64,000 bases of DNA, taken from assembly GCA_019057475.1 (NCBI GenBank), contig DXJO01000006.1, positions 32,001-96,000 of the forward strand, in the 5' to 3' direction. The DNA comes from Candidatus Thorarchaeota archaeon. Its GTDB lineage: Archaea > Asgardarchaeota > Thorarchaeia > Thorarchaeales > Thorarchaeaceae. Each line of letters begins with the position of its first letter. Position 1 is the first letter of the stretch. The position numbers and the translations under genes were made by a program. Under the pieces are notes generated by a model. That model made no database searches. It was not told the origin of the DNA and worked only from the letters and a program-made list of their open reading frames with translations. This document shows, one piece after another, positions 56,275 through 64,000 of this stretch.

Positions 56275-58395
56275 TCAAAACAATCCGACAAACCATATGT
56301 GGAGCATGGCGATAATGGGTAGGAATAGTGTTGCAGTGAGCGAAAGCACTACGAGAAGAGTGTTGATGCTTGGTCCAGCTGTGTCTTTGAATGGATCACC
56401 GACCATGTCGCCGAGGACGACCGAATCATGAACATCATGCCACTTATCAGTGTCCTTCTCGTATTTCTTGTATTCCGGCGATTCAATCCACTTCTTGGTG
56501 TTGTCCCATGCGCCTCCAGCGTTGTCCATCATGATCGCAAGGATGAAGCCAATCAGAACTGCTCCGCCTAGATACGCAGCAAGAGCCTCAAGTCCCAAGA
56601 TTACACCGGTGAGAATAGTGGCACCGATTGCAATTATGGTTCCTGGCATCAGCTCCCGGATAGCTCCATGAGTTGCTATGCCAATGCATGAGTCGTAGTC
56701 TGGTTGTGAAGTTCCTTCAAGGATTCCGGGGTCTTCAGCGAATTGCCTGCGTATCTCCTTGATCATGCGCCCGGAGTTCTTCGAAACTCCAAGCACCAGT
56801 ATCGCAGAGAAGACGGTTGGAATCAATGTCCCGATGAACGCTCCAGCGATAACAAATGGATTCGCGAAGTCCACAGAGGTTATTCCTGCAGATTGAATGA
56901 ATGCTGAGAATAGTGCTAGTACTGATATCGCGGATGCGCCAATTGCAAAGCCCTTTGTGATTGCCTTGGTTGTATTGCCACTAGCATCCAGTTTGTCACA
57001 AGCAACAATTGCTTCATGTGGGGCATGTGCCTGTTCAATGACACCCCTTGCATTATCGACAATCGGACCATATGCGTCAATGGACATAATGTAACCATTG
57101 GTAGCCAGAAGGCCGACTGCTGCAATCGCTACAGCATATATGCCTCCATCCCAGCCACCTAGACCGGGAGTAATAGCAGTGCTACCCAGAATGAATGACC
57201 CAATAAGGGCAACAACCACACCAATGACAGATGGGACTGTGCTAAGAAGGCCGTATGAATACCCTGACAGGATTAGACCCGCGGGGCTCTCTTCAGCCGC
57301 ATCGACCATATTCATCACAGGTTGGAATCCAAGTATTCCACGGTCACTTGTGAAAACGTCTGACGTGAAACCAATTAGTACACCTGCAACCAAACCGAGT
57401 ATTGCCGCACCAGCTAGCGCGAGATCCAAGCCCACTAATGCCATGAACGCCACAGCGAGTATCGAGAACATTATGGTGGTGAGGTAGGTTCCTCTATTCA
57501 ACGCCGGACCAGGGTCCTCGCTCTCTTTTGGTTTAACAAGAAACACGCCCACTATTGAAGCTACTGTGCCAAGTGCGGCAAGCAGCAGAGGTAGAATAGC
57601 AAATGAAATCGGAGTGCTCACGGTGGCATCTATTGCAGCGCCTATGATGGACGCAGCTAGTATAGATGCTACATTGCTGTCGAAAATATCCGCTCCGCTT
57701 CCCGCAACATCACCAACATTGTCTCCAACTGCATCAGCGATTGATGCGGGGTTTCTTGGGTCATCCTCGGGAATGTGCTGCTCTATCTTTCCGACAATAT
57801 CAGCAGCCATGTCTGCAGTTTTCGTGAAGATTCCGCCGCCAGCCTTTGCAAATAGAGCTACCGTGGAAGCGCCAAAGCTAAAGCCCACAATAATCTCCCA
57901 GATTTCGGGGGTGGTAGCAGCAGGGAAAACGGCTTCCCATAATAGGAGTATCAGTCCTAGGCCAGTTAAGGCGATTCCTGCAATGCAAAGACCCATGAAC
58001 GAGCCTGCTCTAAATGCTACTCTGAATGCTGGAATAAGGCCACCCTTCGCAGCAGCTGCGGCTGTTCGTCTATTCGCTCTAGTTGCCACAATAATCCCTA
58101 GATAGCCAGCAGCCATACTAGCAAGAGAGCCCAGAATATAGGAGATTGCAATTGCAAATGCAAACTCACCAAATACAAGGGCGATCACAACTGCTAGAAC
58201 TAAGGTAAATGCAGTCAAGACTTTGTATTGACGTTTAAGAAACGAGTATGCACCTTGCTCAATGAGGTGGCTGACCTCTTTCATTCGTTCGTCGCCTTCA
58301 TCTGCCTTTTCATTGGCTCTGAAGATGTAAATCGCGACGACAATGGCGAGCAGACCGGATGCAAGTATCGGTCCGATTAACAGTAAGTCCGTCAT
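56275..58395 (-). CDS. hppA: Membrane H+-translocating pyrophosphatase, K+-independent type
   Basis: GGIFTKTADMAADIVGKIE, EDDPRN, DNVGD, DAYGPIVDNA, GNTTKAITKG, DNAGGAWDN, GDPFKDTAGP. Confidence 0.93.
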   Translation of the reverse strand: MTDLLLIGPILASGLLAIVVAIYIFRANEKADEGDERMKEVSHLIEQGAYSFLKRQYKVLTAFTLVLAVVIALVFGEFAFAIAISYILGSLASMAAGYLGIIVATRANRRTAAAAAKGGLIPAFRVAFRAGSFMGLCIAGIALTGLGLILLLWEAVFPAATTPEIWEIIVGFSFGASTVALFAKAGGGIFTKTADMAADIVGKIEQHIPEDDPRNPASIADAVGDNVGDVAGSGADIFDSNVASILAASIIGAAIDATVSTPISFAILPLLLAALGTVASIVGVFLVKPKESEDPGPALNRGTYLTTIMFSILAVAFMALVGLDLALAGAAILGLVAGVLIGFTSDVFTSDRGILGFQPVMNMVDAAEESPAGLILSGYSYGLLSTVPSVIGVVVALIGSFILGSTAITPGLGGWDGGIYAVAIAAVGLLATNGYIMSIDAYGPIVDNARGVIEQAHAPHEAIVACDKLDASGNTTKAITKGFAIGASAISVLALFSAFIQSAGITSVDFANPFVIAGAFIGTLIPTVFSAILVLGVSKNSGRMIKEIRRQFAEDPGILEGTSQPDYDSCIGIATHGAIRELMPGTIIAIGATILTGVILGLEALAAYLGGAVLIGFILAIMMDNAGGAWDNTKKWIESPEYKKYEKDTDKWHDVHDSVVLGDMVGDPFKDTAGPSINTLLVVLSLTATLFLPIIAMLHIWFVGLF

Positions 58396-58552
58396 AGTGG
58401 ATTCACTGTGTCCGTTGGAAAAGCACCTCCCTCTTAGGTGTTACTCTTTGAACTCTCAAATTAGCAATTCGATGAGAGTGAAATCCGCCCGTGATTTCAT
58501 AAGGTACTCCTATCACGTTGGATCGCCTAGACCCTCTTCTACCAGTGGTGAA

Positions 58553-59272
58553 ATGCCTGTGCCTCAAAGAAACATCATTGAAGGACGCCTGATTGAAAGA
58601 CCAAATCGATTCCTTGGAGTAGTGGACATCAATGGAATTCAAGTCAAGGCGTTTATTCCAAATCCTGGCAGGATGTACGAACTGATGGTGCCTGGCAAGC
58701 ATGTCTACCTTACACCTGCCACTGGGAACAAGAGAAAGACTCAGTACAATCTCATTGGCGTTGAGCATGCAGGCGTTCTTGTTTCAATTGATTCAAACCT
58801 GCCTAATCGGTTCATGAAGAGAATGCTTCACGAACACAAACTGGAGATGTTCTCTGATTATGAAACGGTGGTTCCAGAGCCTAGGTACTACAATGGGCGC
58901 TTTGACTTCAAGCTTGAAGGGTTGAACGGGATTACTCTCATAGAGGTGAAGTCGTGTACTCTTGTGGAGGATGGTCGTGCGATATTCCCCGATTCTCCAA
59001 CTAAGAGAGGTGCCAGGCATATGAAACATCTTGCATGGGCTCTAACAGAGAAGATTGCGGATGCGACAGCGGTGGTGTTCATCATTCAAAGACCTGATGT
59101 ACAGGTCTTCTCACCGAATGATCCAACAGACCCGGAATTTTCAAATGCGCTGCGAAGTGCTGCCATGAACGGCGTAGAGGTGTATGCTTTAGCAACCAAA
59201 GTCGTGGATTGGGATCTTCAACTCCTCGGTCAAGTCCCTGCGGAGCTAGAGCACTTCTCCACATCCCATTGA
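58553..59272 (+). CDS. sfsA: SfsA nuclease family protein
   Basis: RPNRF, PNPGRM, RKT, RFDF, IEVKSCTL, FPDSPTKRGARH; GGTGA RBS before ATG 58553. Confidence 0.9.
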   Translation: MPVPQRNIIEGRLIERPNRFLGVVDINGIQVKAFIPNPGRMYELMVPGKHVYLTPATGNKRKTQYNLIGVEHAGVLVSIDSNLPNRFMKRMLHEHKLEMFSDYETVVPEPRYYNGRFDFKLEGLNGITLIEVKSCTLVEDGRAIFPDSPTKRGARHMKHLAWALTEKIADATAVVFIIQRPDVQVFSPNDPTDPEFSNALRSAAMNGVEVYALATKVVDWDLQLLGQVPAELEHFSTSH

Positions 59273-59318
59273 TGGAAACATTAAGCTTTTCTTGCTGTAC
59301 TGCTAGGTTTTTGATGAG

Positions 59319-60458
59319 ATGCTAGCTCGGGTAGGGGAGAAACTGCGTTCGTTTTGGCCAGTGCAGACGTTGAAACTTATCGTTTTACTTCTTATCCCCT
59401 ATAGAGTTTCAATAGAATTCGTTCCCTATGACACCTACATCCATCTCAGCAGCATATTCTGGCAATGGTACTCGTATGAACCTGGTTGGTTTATAGCTCA
59501 GAGATTCGGATTAATGTCTCCTTGGACTGCTGCTGCAAACATTTCAGTGATTACAGCTCCAAGTCTATATTTCTGCTATAGGCTGCGGAGTATGTCGGAA
59601 ACTGAGTCTTCCTCCTGGCTAGCCGCTTCAACTACGGCAGTGTCGTTCATCTGTTTTATTCTGATATCCTATTCATACTGGTTTGAGTTTGGAGGTTGGG
59701 GATCGGATACAATGTATTGGCACGCGCTGCAAGGATTTCTCACAATCCTTCTCACCTTGTTTGTGTTCGTGCCTACCCTTAAACGTGTATCAAACAAATG
59801 CATTCCCAAGCGGCAGATGCGAAGGGCTAAGCGTATCCGCGACAGACTCCATCAGACTCTAGTGAAACTGTTGCCACAACATGTTAGCAGGATGATGATT
59901 CTGGCCGCGTTGGTTCCACCTTACATGTTTGGATTGTTCGTTGACACTTACGGCAGCGGCTTGAGCCTTTTTAGTCCGCTAGCCGGAATGTTTTCCTTTT
60001 ACTTCCAAGTTGATCGCTTTTTAGTAACTCCGTTTCTGCCGTACCGTGCCAGTTTCCTCATGCAACTCGGGAGCACGACAATTGGCTTTCTTGCACTTGG
60101 CATTCTTTGGCTTCAATTACTGTATGCTCACGAAGTTCTAAGATACGTTGAGGGGCGGGTTGGTAAGAAAAGGGTCACGCTCATCGGATTGACGTTACTA
60201 GTTCCGATCGTATTCCTCGGAGTTTCAAGCGGAGTTACAATGATGCTGGGTCAAGCTAATAGCGCATTCATTCCCTTCCCTGTGTCGATTCTTATAGGGT
60301 CTTGGCTTGTTCAGAGAAAGGATCGACTTCTCTCAAATGGAGATGCGGAGCCAGTGGAGGTAGAACCTTCTCCAAGTCATGAGAACGAAGTTTCCGTTCC
60401 TATTATCTACATCTTAGAGTCGCGTTTGAAGAAATTGCTTAGGAGGCATAAATCTTGA
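59319..60458 (+). CDS. Multi-pass membrane protein, unknown function
   Basis: Multiple hydrophobic segments; overlaps start of the ABC ATPase. Confidence 0.6.
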   Translation: MLARVGEKLRSFWPVQTLKLIVLLLIPYRVSIEFVPYDTYIHLSSIFWQWYSYEPGWFIAQRFGLMSPWTAAANISVITAPSLYFCYRLRSMSETESSSWLAASTTAVSFICFILISYSYWFEFGGWGSDTMYWHALQGFLTILLTLFVFVPTLKRVSNKCIPKRQMRRAKRIRDRLHQTLVKLLPQHVSRMMILAALVPPYMFGLFVDTYGSGLSLFSPLAGMFSFYFQVDRFLVTPFLPYRASFLMQLGSTTIGFLALGILWLQLLYAHEVLRYVEGRVGKKRVTLIGLTLLVPIVFLGVSSGVTMMLGQANSAFIPFPVSILIGSWLVQRKDRLLSNGDAEPVEVEPSPSHENEVSVPIIYILESRLKKLLRRHKS

Positions 60459-61378
60459 ACTCGGTAAAGAGTATCGTTGAACGAATGAACAATGACGAGC
60501 TAATCCGACTGGCACGACAACTAGAGGTGTCTTTGACAAATCGGAAAGTTAAGCGTGATTTGCTCGTAGAAACCATTCAAAGCGAGCTCGAAGAGCACTA
60601 TCGTGAAAGGATTCCATGGAAGAAAACTCGATTGAAAGATCCAGCAATCCAGATTAGTGGTCTGACCAAGAAGTTTGGAAATACTATTGCTGTGCGAGGC
60701 CTGAACCTTGTTGTGCGCCCGGGCCAAATCGTGGGTCTTGTCGGGCCTAACGGTGCTGGGAAAACAACCACATTGCGAGTGCTTGCAGGTATTATCAGAC
60801 CAACAGAGGGCTCAGTGCGGGTGAATGGATTCGACATGAACGTTTCTCCGCTCAAAGCCAAACAGACACTTGGATACATACCTGAGAGACCTACCTGTTA
60901 TCCAAACCTGAAGGTCCGCGAGTACCTCACTTTCATCGCCAAAATCTACCGTGTTCCGCCAATTGATGCCACTCTTAGGATGAAGGAATATGTAGACCTG
61001 TTCCAATTGAACGACCTTCTTGATGCCTATATTGGTACTCTCTCAAAAGGCAACTTGCAAAGGGCTCTCCTAGTGGGCATATTTGTAAGACCTCCGCCGC
61101 ACATCCTTGCTTTGGACGAGCCGATTTACGGGCTTGATCCTCGTGGAGCGTGGAGCTTGAAGGTGCTCTTGAAAAAACTACGCGATGAAGGCTCAGCCAT
61201 TCTCATATCTACTCACATTCTTGAAATTGCGGAGGGCCTCTGTGATCGTTTTGTCATAATGAATGAAGGAGACGTTGTAGGAAAAGGAACTCTGGAGGAG
61301 CTACTTGTTCAGACACCTAACGCACATACAATTGAAGAAATATTCTTGGAGCTAACTGGCGGCATACCGGGAACGTAG
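60455..61378 (+). CDS. ABC transporter ATP-binding protein (exporter type)
   Basis: GPNGAGKTT, LSKG signature, LALDEP, STH. Confidence 0.9.
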   Translation: MNSVKSIVERMNNDELIRLARQLEVSLTNRKVKRDLLVETIQSELEEHYRERIPWKKTRLKDPAIQISGLTKKFGNTIAVRGLNLVVRPGQIVGLVGPNGAGKTTTLRVLAGIIRPTEGSVRVNGFDMNVSPLKAKQTLGYIPERPTCYPNLKVREYLTFIAKIYRVPPIDATLRMKEYVDLFQLNDLLDAYIGTLSKGNLQRALLVGIFVRPPPHILALDEPIYGLDPRGAWSLKVLLKKLRDEGSAILISTHILEIAEGLCDRFVIMNEGDVVGKGTLEELLVQTPNAHTIEEIFLELTGGIPGT

Positions 61379-62971
61379 GTGTTTCAACTGAAAGCGAGTA
61401 CTTTCTCTTTGTTAGCTAATGAGATTCGCATGTTATTCAATCACTTGAAGCGCACAATTACTTCACCCTCGATGCTCTCGTTCTATGCAATAATGCTAGT
61501 AGGAACCTACCTCGTGAGTTCGGTCATTGCGATTCTAGGCAGTTACGAGCCGCTTTTCGAAACTGTGACCACAACCATTGAATCTACCATTGACAGAAGC
61601 ATGGTAATGTCTGCTCTAGGCTTGGTCAGTCTAATGGCAGTGGTTGGGGGTTACCTTGGGCGGGGGCCTTCAGCCGAGCTGACTGAGATTGATGAGTACA
61701 TCATGATGCCCACACCAACAATGCCGTATCAATTGTTCATTCCCAAATATATACGTAGAATATTCAGGAAACTGGGCTTTGCGTTCTTGGCTTTGCTTGT
61801 CGTCCTTCCTCTTGTATCTTCTTCGGATATTCCGCTAATTCCTCTAGGGGTTCTGATGGCCTGCTTCATCGTTTTCTTGGAAATAAACTATCTATTAGGA
61901 AGCATTAGCTTTCAGATTCGTTCTAGGCTTGAGAGAAAATTCAAAACGCCTTTCAGGCATTTCATCCTTCTTTTCTTGGCACTTGTTGTGTACATCCCAA
62001 CTCTTCCTGAAGTTACAATAAACCCGATTTCTTCTCTTCTCATTCCTTCAAACGCATTCGCTTACATTGTAATGGAGATGACAGGCATTTTCGCATCCGG
62101 GTTGGGTCCCTTGAATGGATTAGTTTGCCTTCTTCTTGGCTACCCCATCGCGTTTCTTGTGGTAGTCAATCTTGTTGGTCAAGATTATTACGAACGATTT
62201 GCGTTGAAGACATCGAATGGAGGAAATGAGAGCAGAATAAGTAGAATGATCAGAGGAGAGGTTGACTTCTCGGAATCAAGGTTCAATGATCCCCTAATGT
62301 GGGTGTTTCTGAAGGACTTCTGGAGCAAGATGCGCAAGCCGTTTCAGTTCTGGAAATACCTCTATTTCTTCATTGGCATAGCGATTGCATTGTATCTCAA
62401 CATAGTCCGACCAATATGGCTTCCTCCTCTCATCATACCACCTGAATTGAGCTTTGCGGCTGTTCCGGCATTTCTTCTAGTCCTAATATTGGTAACACAG
62501 ATGGCTAGCGTGAGCGCGCTGCTCAGTTTCATTGATGAGAAAGAAAATATATACCTACTAAAATCCAGTCCATTCAAAGCCTCTGATATTGTTCTTGCGA
62601 AGTACTTTCTAAGTCTCTTTGAAGTAACACTCACTGCTGCCCCTATTGTCGGATTCCTAGCGTACTTCATGCGCATAGAAGGCTCCTTCTATCTGCTCAC
62701 CTTGGTTGCTCCACTAGTGCTTATTTTCTCCGCGACAGGTGTTATGGTCGGAGCATATGTCCCTGTGTTCACAAATGAACCGAGCGATCCTCCTGTGCCA
62801 CTTGCATTTGGATTTCCTGCCATCAATATCGGCTTCGGGGCATTGCTGATGGCTATCGTAGCAATATACGCAGACGACATGCAACTAGTGCAAGTCATGC
62901 CTGCGTTCGTTGTCGTGGTTGTCTTGGGTCTTCTAGCATTGGCCACATTCGCACTAAGATCTTACAAGTAG
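61379..62971 (+). CDS. ABC exporter permease
   Basis: Many TM helices, LLKSSP...IVLAKY; abuts the ATPase. Confidence 0.75.
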   Translation: MFQLKASTFSLLANEIRMLFNHLKRTITSPSMLSFYAIMLVGTYLVSSVIAILGSYEPLFETVTTTIESTIDRSMVMSALGLVSLMAVVGGYLGRGPSAELTEIDEYIMMPTPTMPYQLFIPKYIRRIFRKLGFAFLALLVVLPLVSSSDIPLIPLGVLMACFIVFLEINYLLGSISFQIRSRLERKFKTPFRHFILLFLALVVYIPTLPEVTINPISSLLIPSNAFAYIVMEMTGIFASGLGPLNGLVCLLLGYPIAFLVVVNLVGQDYYERFALKTSNGGNESRISRMIRGEVDFSESRFNDPLMWVFLKDFWSKMRKPFQFWKYLYFFIGIAIALYLNIVRPIWLPPLIIPPELSFAAVPAFLLVLILVTQMASVSALLSFIDEKENIYLLKSSPFKASDIVLAKYFLSLFEVTLTAAPIVGFLAYFMRIEGSFYLLTLVAPLVLIFSATGVMVGAYVPVFTNEPSDPPVPLAFGFPAINIGFGALLMAIVAIYADDMQLVQVMPAFVVVVVLGLLALATFALRSYK

Positions 62972-62975
62972 TGTA

Positions 62976-64000
62976 TCATCGTCGGGCTGCGAGTCTCAGA
63001 GCATTGGCAATCACTACTAACGATAAACCCATATCCCCTATTCCGATTGCTACCCAGAGACTAACAAGGCCTGGGACTGCTAAGACCGCTAGGAGAACCT
63101 TCACTCCTATTGACAATCCTACGTTTTGCCTAACAACTCTCATTGTGCCTTTTGATTGCTCTAGCAACTCGAGGATCTTTCTGAGGTCGTCCTTCATAAG
63201 TGCGACATCTGCGGTTTCTAGTGCTGTATCGCTGGCAATTACGCCCATTGCTATACCGACATCAGCAGCGGCCATAGCCGGGGCATCATTCACACCATCT
63301 CCAACCATGAGAACACGTCCTTGCTTGGCAAGATCTTCAATGTATTCGACCTTTTGGGAGGGAAGCAACTCCGCTTTGTATTCATCAATCCCGAGGAACT
63401 CTGCAATTTTCTTTGCCGCGACTTCGTTATCACCAGTCAGCATGACTGTACGAATTCCACGTTGCTTAAGGCTGGTTACCGTTTCCTTTGCACTATCTCT
63501 AACTCTGTCAGAGAGAACAATGGATCCCAAGTGCGTATTTTCTCGTGCAACATACACAAGAGTGCCGGTTCCACATTCGTGGTCGTGTGAGTGATCGACA
63601 ATAATTCCATTTTCTTTGAGCAAAGCCTTGTTCCCCACCAAATGTCTTCGACCTGCAATGCTACCAGCTAAACCTCGTCCTGGAATTGCAAAGAAGTCAT
63701 CCGCATCTGGGATGCGAAAGCCTTGCTGTTCTGATACTTCCAGAAGTGCCTTCGCAATAGGGTGTTCAGACATCCTTTCAAGTGCAATTGCTATCGAAAG
63801 AACTTCCTCTTTCGTAGCACCATTGTGTACACACACATGATCAACAGCTAAGCGGCCTTCAGTGAGAGTTCCGGTCTTGTCAAATGCTACCGTGTAGACA
63901 TTGCTCATGCTTTCGATATACTTTGAACCCTTGACAAGTACTCCATTGCGTGCAGATCCAGCTATTGAAGATACCATACTAACTGGAATCGAAATGGCGA
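62976..64000 (-). CDS. Heavy-metal P1B-type ATPase (ZntA/CadA-like), 5' end outside window
   Basis: FDKTGT, SEHP, MLTGD, GDGVNDAP, TADVAL, IANALRL; HSHDHEC insert. Confidence 0.9.
   Translation of the reverse strand, partial: AISIPVSMVSSIAGSARNGVLVKGSKYIESMSNVYTVAFDKTGTLTEGRLAVDHVCVHNGATKEEVLSIAIALERMSEHPIAKALLEVSEQQGFRIPDADDFFAIPGRGLAGSIAGRRHLVGNKALLKENGIIVDHSHDHECGTGTLVYVARENTHLGSIVLSDRVRDSAKETVTSLKQRGIRTVMLTGDNEVAAKKIAEFLGIDEYKAELLPSQKVEYIEDLAKQGRVLMVGDGVNDAPAMAAADVGIAMGVIASDTALETADVALMKDDLRKILELLEQSKGTMRVVRQNVGLSIGVKVLLAVLAVPGLVSLWVAIGIGDMGLSLVVIANALRLAARR

Noticed and set aside
58343-58552. Long N-terminal extension of SfsA (similarly AOR 11485-11565 and hydrolase 38171-38314)
   Set aside because: Overlaps the neighbouring gene or promoter space; homology and RBS favour the downstream starts
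61376-61381. TAG-GTG in-frame junction of ABC ATPase and permease as readthrough, or global TAG reassignment
   Set aside because: Abutting genes are common, and many complete genes here end at TAG at expected C-termini
62971-63594. 207-aa plus-strand ORF and the other short antisense ORFs in the track
   Set aside because: Antisense to well-supported genes, with no recognisable motifs

Overview
Archaeal genomic window, most likely an Asgard archaeon of Thorarchaeota type (inference from a Rab-like GTPase, a possible gelsolin-fold protein, GGTGA-type RBS, a crenarchaeal-type SSB and many cytoplasmic PAS kinases). The core (about 9.3-34.8 kb) is a tungsten-type aldehyde:ferredoxin oxidoreductase divergent from two tandem heterodisulfide-reductase/[NiFe] group-3c hydrogenase clusters: 3 hdrC, 3 hdrB, 5 hdrA-family genes, 3 mvhD and two vhuG-vhuA modules. 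Both large subunits lack the C-terminal Ni-binding CxxC. It is supplied by two 50-codon genes absent from the ORF track (25229-25381 and 34566-34718), which read RCYDC-TGA-LSCGAH, i.e. selenocysteine VhuU peptides. Each has a conserved hairpin 7 nt after the UGA and a eukaryote-like SECIS (AUGA...GA core) that contains the gene's own UGA stop codon. Each vhuU is also in frame with vhuA across a single TAG. Several HdrA genes have complementary domain losses that suggest obligate heterodimers. The rest is housekeeping or accessory: a surface glycoprotein, GNATs, SSB, MscS, EutA-like protein, three PAS histidine kinases, DinB, K+-independent H+-PPase, SfsA, an ABC exporter and a P1B ATPase. No rRNA, tRNA, CRISPR array or mobile element was recognised.
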